A stretch of DNA of 64,000 nucleotides, taken from the NCBI GenBank assembly GCA_964016885.1, contig OZ024753.1, positions 16,182,001 through 16,246,000 on the forward strand, in the 5' to 3' direction. The position numbers and the translations under genes are program-made. The notes under the pieces are model-generated. The model searched no databases, was not told the origin of the DNA, and worked only from the letters and a program-made list of their open reading frames with translations. Source of the stretch: Eledone cirrhosa. Taxonomy: Eukaryota. Shown here in pieces: positions 1 through 15,738 of the stretch; position 1 is the first letter of the stretch, and each line of letters starts with the position of its first letter.

Positions 1-345
1 GAGAAGAAATTCCAAACATGGAAGCACGGCCTAGAGTCAAAAGGACTTAAAATTAACCTGGCTAAGACCAAAGTACTAGTTTGTAGGAAAGAAAACAAGG
101 CGGCGGTCCCTTCTGGGAAATGGTCGTGCTCGGTGTGTAGGAAAGGCGTAGGTAGAAACTCCATTTTATGTCCTAAATGCAAAGTATGGGTGCATAAAAG
201 ATGTAGTGGGATCACAGGTAGGCTAACTAAGAACATAGATTTTACATGTGGCCGGTGCTCTGGTGCAATAAGTAGCAGCAAGTGCCCACAAACTACTAGC
301 TCTTTCAATTGCGCAGAGGGTTCTATAGAAATAGTGGACAGCTTC
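1..345 (+). mobile_element. RTE-clade LINE ORF fragment (RT with PHD finger), apparently identical to 1878-2222
   Basis: Translates to KKFQTWKHGLESKGLKINLAKTKV...CSVC...EIVDSF; matches 1878-2222 by eye and ends at the gap. Confidence 0.9.
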
Positions 346-545
346 NNNNNNNNNNNNNNNNNNNNNNNNNNNNNNNNNNNNNNNNNNNNNNNNNNNNNNN
401 NNNNNNNNNNNNNNNNNNNNNNNNNNNNNNNNNNNNNNNNNNNNNNNNNNNNNNNNNNNNNNNNNNNNNNNNNNNNNNNNNNNNNNNNNNNNNNNNNNNN
501 NNNNNNNNNNNNNNNNNNNNNNNNNNNNNNNNNNNNNNNNNNNNN
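346..545. other. Assembly gap (200 N)
   Basis: Run of N. Confidence 1.
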
Positions 546-561
546 TATAATATATATATAT

Positions 562-658
<97 letters not shown>

Positions 659-702
659 TATATATTATATATATATATATATTATATATATATATTATAT
701 AT

Positions 703-798
<96 letters not shown>

Positions 799-907
799 AT
801 ATATATATAATATATATATATATAATATATATATATAATATATATATATTTATATATATATATATATATATAATATATATATATATAATATATATATATA
901 TATCTAT
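546..907. repeat. (TA)n microsatellite
   Basis: Interrupted TA run. Confidence 0.95.
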
Positions 908-3180
908 GACCAAAAACGTGAGGTGTTTCAGGATTGCTAGGCAATGCGTCAAGGAAAACCGTGATATTGTCGGGGAGAAGTGTGTACTAAACGACGATGG
1001 CACACTTGCCATCACCGACGCTGATAAGAAGGTAGCTTGGAAGTGTCACTATGAAAGGCTTCTAAATGAGGAGAATAATTGGGAGAAAGGCAGTCTCCCC
1101 CATATCGACCCAATAGAGGGACCAGCAGTGTTAGTCGAGGGGAGTATAATAAGTAAGGCAATCAAGGATATGAAGACTGGTAAGGCGGCTGGGCCTTCGG
1201 AAATAGTTGCTGAGATGCTGAAGGCATCTGGCACGGTGGGACACACCATGGTCACCCGCATAGTTAACCAAGTCGTACAAAACGGGGTTGTTCCGAAGGA
1301 CTGGCATAGCAGCATCATCGTTAACTGTTATAAGGGTAAAGGAGACGCCCTAGATAGGAGTAACTATAGAGGCATTAAATTAATCGACCAGGTCATGAAG
1401 GTCACGGAAAGAGTAATAGCGCAGCTAATCAGAGAGAGAATTGACCTAGATGAAATGCAGTTCGGGTTTGTGTCAGGCAAAAGTACCACAGACGCTCTTT
1501 TCATAGTACGACAACTACAAGAGAAGTACCTAGCTAAAGGTAAACCCCTCTACTTAGCTTTTGTCGACTTGGAGAAAGCCTTCGACAGAGTCCCCCGCTC
1601 CATTATCTGGTGGGCTCTTAGAAAACTAGGCGTTGACGAATGGCTTGTGAGGGCTATACAAGCCATGTATAAAGAAACAGTCAGCAAGGTTAGAATTAAC
1701 AACGAATATAGTGAAGAGTTTAGCGTAAAAGTCGGCGTCCATCAGGGCTCTGTTCTCAGTCCACTACTATTTATTATTGCCCTTCAGGCCATAACAGAGG
1801 AGTTCAAGACAGGCTGCCCATGGGAACTCCTATACGCAGACGACCTGACACTCATAGCGGAATCAATGGCCGAGCTAGAGAAGAAATTCCAAACATGGAA
1901 GCACGGCCTAGAGTCAAAAGGACTTAAAATTAACCTGGCTAAGACCAAAGTACTAGTTTGTAGGAAAGAAAACAAGGCGGCGGTCCCTTCTGGGAAATGG
2001 TCGTGCTCGGTGTGTAGGAAAGGCGTAGGTAGAAACTCCATTTTATGTCCTAAATGCAAAGTATGGGTGCATAAAAGATGTAGTGGGATCACAGGTAGGC
2101 TAACTAAGAACATAGATTTTACATGTGGCCGGTGCTCTGGTGCAATAAGTAGCAGCAAGTGCCCACAAACTACTAGCTCTTTCAATTGCGCAGAGGGTTC
2201 TATAGAAATAGTGGACAGCTTCCGTTACCTGGGCGATAAAATCAGCAGTGGGGGAGGGTGCTCTGAAAGTACTGTAGCTAGAGTCAGAACTGGTTGGAAA
2301 AAGTTCAGAGAGCTTATACCACTATTAGCTGCTAAAGGGTTCTCACTAAAAATGAAAGGCAGGTTGTACGATGCCTGCATACGAACAGCAATGCTGCATG
2401 GCAGTGAGACCTGGGCATTGTGTGCAGAGGATATACGCAGACTAGAGAGGAACGAAGCTTGCATGCTCCGCTGGATGTGTAACAGTAATATACGTGAACG
2501 GCAAAGCATAAACGAACTAAGGAATAAATTAGAGATAAGAGGGATCAGATGTTGTTTACTCGAGAGAAGGCTACGTTGGTATGGACACGTGATGCGCATG
2601 AAAGTCGATAGCTGTATAACAAAGTGCAGGGCAATAAGATAGACGGTAGTCACGGAATAGGCAGACCTAGAAAAACCTGGGACGAGCTGATAAACTCCGA
2701 CATCACACACTTACACCTCTCCAAGACAATGTCACTGGACCGAGACCTTTGGCGGTACTCAGTAACAGAGAAGACCCGCCTTACCTAAATATATAGTAAA
2801 ACCTACTCCAGCCAGTAGGCATCTCTAACAAATACACCCCGTCCCACCACCCCCACCCGATCCACACCCCCCCGTTCTATGTAAAGTTATGTTGGTGCCG
2901 CGCCATCGAGGCCGAAACAAATGAGATCGTGTAGGTGTCACGACAAAAAAACACACAGTCCACGCTGTAATGTGGCCGTGTAGGCAACACGGTAAAAACC
3001 TCCCAGACCCACACTGTAAATGTGGTTGGTGTTAGGAAGGGCATCCAACTGTAGAAAACCTGCCAGACAGTCCTATGCGAGCAAGACAATCACTCTTGCC
3101 TCAAGTGGGACTACCCCCGTCCAAACCCATGCAAGCGTGGAACACGGACGTTAAACGCTGATGATGATGATGATGATGAT
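908..3180 (+). mobile_element. RTE-clade non-LTR retrotransposon copy A, 5'-truncated
   Basis: RT motifs NYRGIKL, FVDLEKAFDRV, GVHQGSVLSPLLF, LLYADD, FRYLG; RTE-type C-terminus RRLRWYGHVMR; 1-bp frameshift near 2637 relative to copy D; 3' UTR ends in (GAT)n. Confidence 0.95.
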
Positions 3181-3401
3181 ATAATATTTATATATATAAT
3201 ATATATATATATATATAATATTTATATATATAATATATATATATATATATAATATTTATATATATAATATATATATATATATATAAATATATATAATATA
3301 TATATATATAATATAATATAGATATAATATATATATATAATATATATAATATATATATATATAATATAATATATATATAATATATATATATATAATATAA
3401 T

Positions 3402-3435
<34 letters not shown>

Positions 3436-3749
3436 ATATATATATATATATAATATATATAATATATATATATATATAATATATATATATATAATATATA
3501 TATATATAATATATATAATATATATATATATATAATATATATATATATATATAATATATATATATATATAATATATATAATATATATATATATATAATAT
3601 ATATATATATTATATATATAATATATATATATATAATATATATATAATATATATATATATAATATATATATATATATATTATATATATATATATAATATA
3701 TATAATATATATATATATATAATATATATATATAATATATATAATATTT

Positions 3750-3783
<34 letters not shown>

Positions 3784-3789
3784 ATATAA

Positions 3790-3820
<31 letters not shown>

Positions 3821-4070
3821 ATATATTATATATATATATATTATATATATATATATATTATATATATATATATTATATATATATATTATATCATATATAT
3901 ATATATATTATATATATATATTATATATATATATATATTATATATATATATATATTATATATATATATTATATATATATATATATTATATATATATATAT
4001 ATTATATATATATATATTATATATATATATATTATATATATATATATTATATATATATATATTATATATA

Positions 4071-4128
<58 letters not shown>

Positions 4129-4432
4129 ATATATATATATATATTATAACGAAGGAAATGTGGTAAGGAACCAGGTGGACCGTAACGCACCAAATTACTC
4201 AATACTTGAGGTAGTAGAGTGGGTAATAGGAACCAGTAAGACCCCGACAGCTGAGCTCAAGCCGTTTCGACGGCTAATTCTGCTATAATTAGCCGTCGAA
4301 ACGGCTTGAGCTCAGCTGTCGGGGTCTTACTGGTTCCTATATATATTATATATATATATTATATATATATTATATATATATTATATATATATATTATATA
4401 TATATATTATATATATATATTATATATATATA

Positions 4433-4485
<53 letters not shown>

Positions 4486-4499
4486 ATTATATATATATA

Positions 4500-4538
<39 letters not shown>

Positions 4539-4791
4539 TATATATATATATTATATATATATATTATATATATATATTATATATATATTATATATATATA
4601 TATATATTATATATATATATATATATTATATATATATATATATTATATATATATATATTATATATATATATATTATATATATATATATTATATATATATA
4701 TATATTATATATATATATATTATATATATATATTATATATATATATATATTATATATATATTATATATATATATATTATATATATATATAT

Positions 4792-4852
<61 letters not shown>

Positions 4853-4864
4853 ATATATATATAT

Positions 4865-4896
<32 letters not shown>

Positions 4897-4935
4897 ATAT
4901 TATATATATATATATATATATATTATTTATATATA

Positions 4936-5027
<92 letters not shown>

Positions 5028-5041
5028 ATATATTATATATA

Positions 5042-5086
<45 letters not shown>

Positions 5087-5089
5087 TAT
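3181..5089. repeat. (TA)n array interrupted by the fold-back element at 4149-4340
   Basis: Direct reading. Confidence 0.95.
4149..4340. mobile_element. Fold-back element 1: perfect 54-bp inverted repeat containing the 3' half of a hammerhead motif
   Basis: Arms 4226-4279 and 4287-4340, loop CTGCTAT; arm reads GAAAC-GGCT-TGAGCTC-AGCT-GTC-GGGG; unpaired tail 4149-4225; TA flanks. Confidence 0.7.
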
Positions 5090-5817
5090 ATCATCATCAT
5101 CATCATCATCATCATCAGGTTTAGCGTCAGTGTTCCACGCTTGCATGGGTTTGGACGGGGTTTTCCCACTTGAGGCAAGAGTGGTTGTCTTGCTCGCATA
5201 GGACTGTCTGGCGGGTTTTCTACAGTTGGATGCCCTTCCTAATACCAACCACATTTACAGTGTGGGGCTGGGAGGTTTTTACCGTGTTGCCTACACGGCC
5301 ACATTACAGCGTGGACTGTCTGGCGGGTTTTCTACAGCTGGATGCCCTTCCTAACACCAACCACATTTACAGTTTGGGGCTGGGAGGTTTTTACCGTGTT
5401 GCCTACATGGCCACATTTACAGCGTGGACTGTGTGTTTTTTTGTCGTGATACCTACACGATCTCATTTGTTTCGGCCTGGATGTTGTGGGACCAACATAA
5501 CTTTACATTGAAAGGGGCGGTGTGGGTGGGGTGGAGGGACGGGGGGTCGGGGGTCGGGGGGGGGGGGGTCGGGGGGGGGGGGGGTGTTTTGATAGAGATG
5601 CCTACTGACTTTAGTAGGTTTTTACTTTGTATTTAGGTAAGGCGGGTCTTCTCTATTACTGAGTACCGCCAAAGTGACACTGTCTTGGAGAGGTGTAAGC
5701 GTGTGAGGTCGGAATTTATCAGCTCGTCCCATGTTTTTCTGGGTCTGCCTACTCCGTGGCTACCGTCTATCTTTATTGCCCTGCACTTTGTTATACAGCT
5801 GTCGTCTTTCATGCGCA

Positions 5818-8067
5818 TCACGTGACCGTACCAATGTAGCCTTCTCTCGAGTAAACAAATCTGATCCCTCTTATTTCTAATTTTTTCCTTAGTTCGTTTA
5901 TGCTTTGCCGTTCACGTATATTACTATTGCACATCCAGCGGAGCATGCAAGCTTCGTTCCTCTCTAGTCTGCGTATATCCTCTGCACACAATGCCCAGGT
6001 CTCACTGCCATGCAGCATTGCTGTTCGTATGCAGGCATCGTATAACCTGCCTTTCATTTTTAGGGAGAACCCTCTAGCGGCTAATAGTGGTATAAGCTTT
6101 CTGAACTTTTTCCATCCAGTTCTGACTCTAGCTACTGTACTTTCAGAGCACCCTCCCCCACTGCTGATTTTGTCACCCAGGTAACGGAAGCTGTCCACTA
6201 TTTCTATAGAACCCTCTGCGCAGTTGAAGGAGCTAGTATTTTTTGGGCACTTGCTGCTACTTATTGCACCAGAGCACCGGCCACATGTAAAATCTATGTT
6301 CTTAGTTAGCTTACCTGTGATCCCACTACATCTTTTATGCACCCATACTTTGCATTTGGGACATAAAATGGAGTTTCTACCTACGCCTTTCCTACACACT
6401 GAGCATGGCCATTTCCCAGATGGGACTGCCGCCTTATTTTCTTTCCTACAAACTAGAACTTTAGTCTTAGCCAGGTTAATTTTAAGGCCTTTTGATTCTA
6501 GGCCGTGCTTCCATGTTTGGAATTTCTTCTCTAGTTCGGTCATTGATTCAGCTATGAGCGTTAGATCATCTGCGTATAGGAGTTCCCATGGGCAGCCGGT
6601 CTTGAACTCCTCTGTTATAGCCTGAAGGGCAATAATAAATAGTAGGGGGCTAAGAACAGAGCCCTGATGGACACCAACTTTTACGCTAAACTCTTCACTA
6701 TATTCGTTGTTAATTCTAACCTTACTGACTGTTTCTTTATACATGGCTTGTATAGCTCTCACAAGCCATTCGTCAACACCTAGTTTTCTAAGAGACCACC
6801 AGATAATGGAACGGGGGACTCTGTCGAAGGCTTTCTCCAAGTCGACGAAAGCTAAGTATAGGGGTTTACTTTTAGCTAGGTACTTCTCCTGTAGTTGTCG
6901 TACAATGAAAAGAGCGTCTGTGGTACTTTTGCCTGACACAAATACGAACTGCATTTCATCTAGATCAATTCTCTCTCTGATTAGTTGCGCTATTACTTTT
7001 TCCGTGACCTTCATGACCTGGTCGATTAATTTAATGCCTCTATAGTTACTCCTATCTAGGGCATCTCCTTTTCCCTTATAGCAGTTAACGATGATGCTGC
7101 TACGCCAGTCCTTCGGAACAACCCCATTCTGTACGACTTGGTTAACTATCCGGGTGACCATGGTGTGTCCCACCGAACCAGATGCCTTCAGCATCTCAGC
7201 AACTATTTCCGAAGGACCAGCCGCCTTACCCGTCTTCATATCTTTGATGGCCTTGCTTATTGTACTACCCTGGACTAACACTGCTGGTCCCTCTATTGGG
7301 TCGATGTGGGGGAGACTGTCTTTCTCCCATTTGTTCTCATTTAGAAGCCTTTCGTAGTGACACTTCCAAGCTACCTTCTTATCAGCGTCGGTGATGGCAA
7401 GTATGCCATCATCGTTAAGTACACACTTCTCCCCGACAATATCATGGTTTTCCTTGACACATTGCCTGGCAATCCTGAACACCTCACGTTTTTGGTCCTC
7501 ACGTTGTAGAACATGCTTGAACTTTCTTTCCTCTGCTTCCCTTCTTGCGAAGTACACTTGTCTCCTAGCTTCCCTCCTGGCCACCTGATAGTCTTCTCTA
7601 CTTCCCCCATCCCGCCATGCTTTCCAAGCCTGCTTTTTGGCCTTAATTGACTCCTCCACCTTACTGTTCCACCACCATGTTACTCTCCTCCTACCTACAG
7701 GCCTGCTCCAGCCACAGACTTCGTCTGCCGCCGTCAGCAGGTTTGCTCTCAGGAATTCCCACTGTTCCTCTATATTATACGACTCTAATTGCTCTTCCTT
7801 ACTGTCGAAAGCGTCTAGTAATATGCTTTGAAATTTATTTCTGGCTATGGGGTCCTTTAGCTTCCATATTTTTCTCCTGAGGATAGTCCTCTTCCGCTGT
7901 CTAGTACGTCTCGTCCTGACTATGAGGTCGCTAATTATCAGTCTATGTTGGGAGGTGAATTCTTCATGGGGGAGGGATTTAGTGTTAACAACAGACACTC
8001 TGTCACGTCTTCTGGTAAGGATATAATCTACCTGGCTTGTGTGTTCCCCCGATCTATAGGTGATCAA
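5818..8067 (-). pseudogene. Endonuclease C-terminus plus reverse transcriptase of RTE copy B
   Basis: SQVDYIL, SQHRL, YADD and PHD-type finger; frameshift near 5857. Confidence 0.9.
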
Positions 8068-8105
8068 GTGATTGTCTCGTTTTTTGAAGTTAGTGTTACA
8101 GATAG

Positions 8106-8591
8106 TTAAGTTATTTGCGTTGCAGAATCCAGGATTCTGGAGCCTTCCTCATTTCTAGTACCGAACCCGTAGCCTCCATGGATTCCGTCATAGCCGTCAC
8201 AATGTTGTCCAACGTGACCATTTAGGTCGCCTGCAATAACTATATAGTCACTGTCGGTTATTTGGGAGGTAGCGAGCATCAGTGTCTCGTAGAATCTGTC
8301 TTTTATAGCACCGGGCAGTCCGGATTGTGGTGCGTACGCAGATATTACTGTCACCGTAGTTTTATTGAGGACAAGTCTTATTTTAATTATTCTGTCGTTC
8401 ACTCTATTTACGTCTATTATCTTATCTGCCCACTTTTCTGCTACCATGATTCCTACCCCACCCAACCCATTGTCATTTCCCACCCAGAAAAGCTTATAGC
8501 ATCGTTCTTTACCCACGATGAATCTAGCCGACCCACCCCTCCACCTGGTCTCTTGAATACAACAAACATCGACCTCCTTACGTTCAAGCAT
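8106..8591 (-). pseudogene. APE-type endonuclease portion of RTE copy B
   Basis: CCIQETRW, ISAYAPQ and AGDLNGHVG motifs; frameshift near 8125. Confidence 0.9.
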
Positions 8592-12341
<3,750 letters not shown>

Positions 12342-12658
12342 AGTCAGGAAAAGCAGATGTTAAATGATTATATATATATAATTATTTCTGGTTCCTTTCC
12401 CCCGGCACAAATTGAAAAGTTGGTCCATCATCCCAATGAAACATACATTCCTGATATGGATTTGTCGTAGTACTGACCTTAATATGTGTGTGTAGGTGTG
12501 TGTGTGTGTGTGTGTGTGTGCATGTGTGTGTGCGTGTGCGTGTGCGCGTGTGTGTGTGTGTGTGTGTGTGTGTCAAACTATATTCCATACTGCCATACGA
12601 AACACATCAAAATACATTGGAGAAAAGTGAAACAAGACTGAGAATATAGTTTAAAGCC

Positions 12659-14280
12659 ATGGTGGTGGTGGTGGTGCCAGTGGTGGTGGTGGTGCCAGTG
12701 GTGGTGGTGGTGGTGCCAGTGGTGGTGGTGGTGGTGCCAGTGGTGGTGGTGCCAGTGGTGGTGGTGTCAGTAGTGGTGTTGTCAGTGGTGGTGGTGCCGG
12801 TGGCAGTGCCAGTGGTGGTAGTGGCGGCGGTGGTGGTGGTGCCTGTGGTGGTGGTGGTGGTGGTGGTGCCAGTGGTGGTGGTGTCAGTAGTGGTGTTGTC
12901 ACTGGTGGTGGTGCCGGTGGCAGTGCCAGTGGTGGTGGTGGTGGCGGTGGTGCCTGTGGTGGTGGTGGTGGTGGTGCCAGTGGTGGTGTCAGTGGTGGTG
13001 GTGTCAGTAGTGGTGTTGTCAGTGGTGGTGGTGCCGGTGGCAGTGCCAGTGGTGGTAGTGGCGGCGGTGGTGGTGGTGCCTGTGGTGGTGGTGGTGGTGG
13101 TGGTGGTGCCAGTGGTGGTGGTGGTGGTGCCAGTGGTGGTGGTGTCAGTGGTGGTGGTGGTGGTGGTGGCGGTGGTGGTGGTGGTGGTGGTGGCGGTGGT
13201 GGTGGCGGTGGTGGTGGTGGTGGTGGTGGCAGTGGTGGTGGTGCCAGTGGTGGTGTCAGTGGTGGTGGTGGTGGTGTCAGTGGTGGTGGTAGTGCCAGTG
13301 GTGGTGGTAGTGCCAGTGGTGCCGGTGTCGGTGGTGCCAGTGGTGGTGGTGCCAGTGGTGGTGGTTGTGCCAGTGGTGGTGGTGGTGGTGCCAGTGGTGG
13401 TGCCAGTGGTGGCAGTGGTGGTGGTGGTGCCAGTGGTGGTGGTGGGGCTGGTGGTGGTGGCAGTGGTGGTATGGTGGTGGTGGTGCCTGTGGTGGTGATG
13501 GTTGTGCAAGTGGTGGTGGTGGTGGTGCCTGTGGTGGTGGTGGTGGTGCAAGTGGTGGGTGGTGGTGGTGCAGTGGTGGTGGTGGTGGTGGTGGTGGTGC
13601 CAGTGGTGGTGGTGGTGGTGGTGGTGGTGGTGCCAGTGGTGCCAGTGGTGGTGGTGGTGGTGCAGTGGTGCCAGTGGTGGTGGTGGTGGTGGTGCAGTGG
13701 TGGTGGTGGTGGTGGTGGTGGTGCCAGTGGTGGTGGTGGTGCCAGTGGTGGTGGTGGTGGTGGTGGTGCCAGTGGTGGTGGTGGTGCAGTGGTGGTGGTG
13801 GTGGTGGTGCCAGTGGTGGTGGTGGTGCAAGTGGTGGTGGTGGTGGTGGTGCCAGTGGTGGTGGTGGTGGTGCCAGTGGTGCCAGTGGTGGTGGTGGTGT
13901 GGTGCCAGTGGTGGTGGTGGTGCCTGTGGTGCCAGTGCTGGTGGTGGTGGTGGTGCCAGTGGTGGTGGTGCCAGTGGTGGTGGTGGTGGTGGTGCCAGTG
14001 GTGGTGGTGGTGGTGGTGCCAGTGGTGGTGGTGCCAGTGGTGGTGGTGGTGGTGGTGCCAGTGGTGGTGGTGGTGCCAGTGGTGGTGGTGGTGCCAGTGG
14101 TGGTGGTGGTGGTGGTGCCAGTGGTGGTGGTGGTGGTGGTGCCAGTGGTGGTGGTGCCAGTGGTGGTGGTGGTGGTGGTGCCAGTGGTGGTGGTGGTGCC
14201 AGTGGTGGTGGTGGTGCCAGTGGTGGTGGTGGTGCCAGTGGTGGTGGTGCTGCCTGTGGTGCCAGTGCTGGTGGTGGTGG
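12659..14280. repeat. Compound (GGT)n/GCCAGT microsatellite
   Basis: GTG runs punctuated by CCA/TCA/GCA; the reading frame shifts several times. Confidence 0.9.
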
Positions 14281-14597
14281 GAGGATATTTAAATTGGTTT
14301 ATAGCAGAATATGAATTTCTAGTCTAAACACACCTTTATTATTGCTTAGGTTCTTCAATTACATGTGTGGATGTGGGTGTAGACAGGTATGTGTGTGGGT
14401 GTAAGCATGTGTGTATGATGTGATAAAACGTGACTGAAGTATTTTCCACTATTAAACATTAAATGAACTGTTTAATTAATATAACGATGGGGGAGTTAAT
14501 GAAGGTGAGAGGAGAGAGAAGAGAAGAGGAGAGGAGAGAAGAGAAGAGGAATAAGTGGGCAAAGAAGAGAAAGAACAACAACAAAACAGCCCCTTCT

Positions 14598-15529
14598 CTC
14601 TAACATTTACATTACTCTATATATACTATTGTATTTTCACAGTAAAGACTTTACCTCATATAATATCTCACATAACATTTACATTACTCTATATATACTA
14701 TTGTATTTTCACAGTAAAGGCTTTACCTCACATAATATCTCACATAACATTTACATTACTCTATATATACTATTGTATTTTCACAGTAAAGGCTTTACCT
14801 CACATAATATCTCACATAACATTTACATTACTCTATATATACTATTGTATTTTCACAGTAAAGTCTTTACCTCAAATAATATCTCTCTAACATTTACATT
14901 ACTCTATATATACTATTGTATTTTCATGGTAAAGGCTTTACCTCACATAATATCTCACATGACATTTACATTACTCTATATATGCTATTGTATTTTCACA
15001 ATAAAGGCTTTACCTCACATAATATCTCACATAACATTTACATTACTCTATATATACTATTGTATTGTCACAGTAAAGGCTTTACCTCACATAATATCTC
15101 ACATAACATTTACATTACTCTATATATACTATTGTATTTTCACAGTAAAGGCTTTACCTCACATAATATCTCACATAACATTCACATTACTCTATATATA
15201 CTATTGTATTTTCACAGTAAAGACTTTACCTCACATAATATCTCACATAACATTTACATTACTCTATATATGCTATTGTATTGTCACAGTAAAGGCTTTA
15301 CCTCACATAATATCTCACATAACATTGACATTACTCTATATATACTGTTGTATTTTCACAGTAAAGGCTTTACCTCACATAACATTTACATTAATCTATA
15401 TATACTATTGTATTTTCACAGTAAAGGCTTTACCTCACATAACATCTCACATAACATTCACATTACTCTATATATACTATTGTATTGTCACAGTAAAGGC
15501 TTTACCTCACATAATATCTCACATAACAT
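14598..15529 (+). repeat. 72-bp satellite array, left of the LINE insertion
   Basis: Unit TAACATTTACATTACTCTATATATACTATTGTATTTTCACAGTAAAGGCTTTACCTCACATAATATCTCACA. Confidence 0.95.
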
Positions 15530-15738
15530 CTCGTATACGAGAGACGTGTGTTGACGTGTGTGAACAAGCTCGGCTACCGAGTCGGATTTACTTACTCAAA
15601 AGTGAGTTTTGATTAATTTTTTATACTGTAATATATGTTAACCCCTTGCCTTGGTCGTCAAACTTTGAGTTTATTTATTTTCGCCCCTTTTTGGTGCAAA
15701 TTTTCCAGTTAAAAACTTATTACGGCAAACTAATAGAA

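Larger units (their letters stand above)
5090..8591 (-). mobile_element. RTE-clade LINE copy B, near full length, frameshifted
   Basis: Endonuclease plus RT on the minus strand; (CAT)n tail at 5090-5116; about 110-bp internal duplication in the 3' UTR. Confidence 0.95.

Noticed and set aside
309-907. N-terminal part of the 777-aa ORF
   Set aside because: Reads through an N gap and TA repeat; real RTE sequence starts near 908
12382-12480. Possible minus-strand terminal exon (VSTTTNPYQECMFHWDDGPTFQFVPGERNQK)
   Set aside because: No polypyrimidine tract, no recognisable homology, no partner exons
12607-14327. Thr/Gly/His/Val-rich ORFs
   Set aside because: GGT microsatellite with frame switches; no unique coding context
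14555-15612. 24-aa repeat ORFs and a CRISPR-like appearance of the 72-bp and 34-bp arrays
   Set aside because: Head-to-tail tandem units without unique spacers, frequent frame-breaking indels, eukaryotic context, no cas genes
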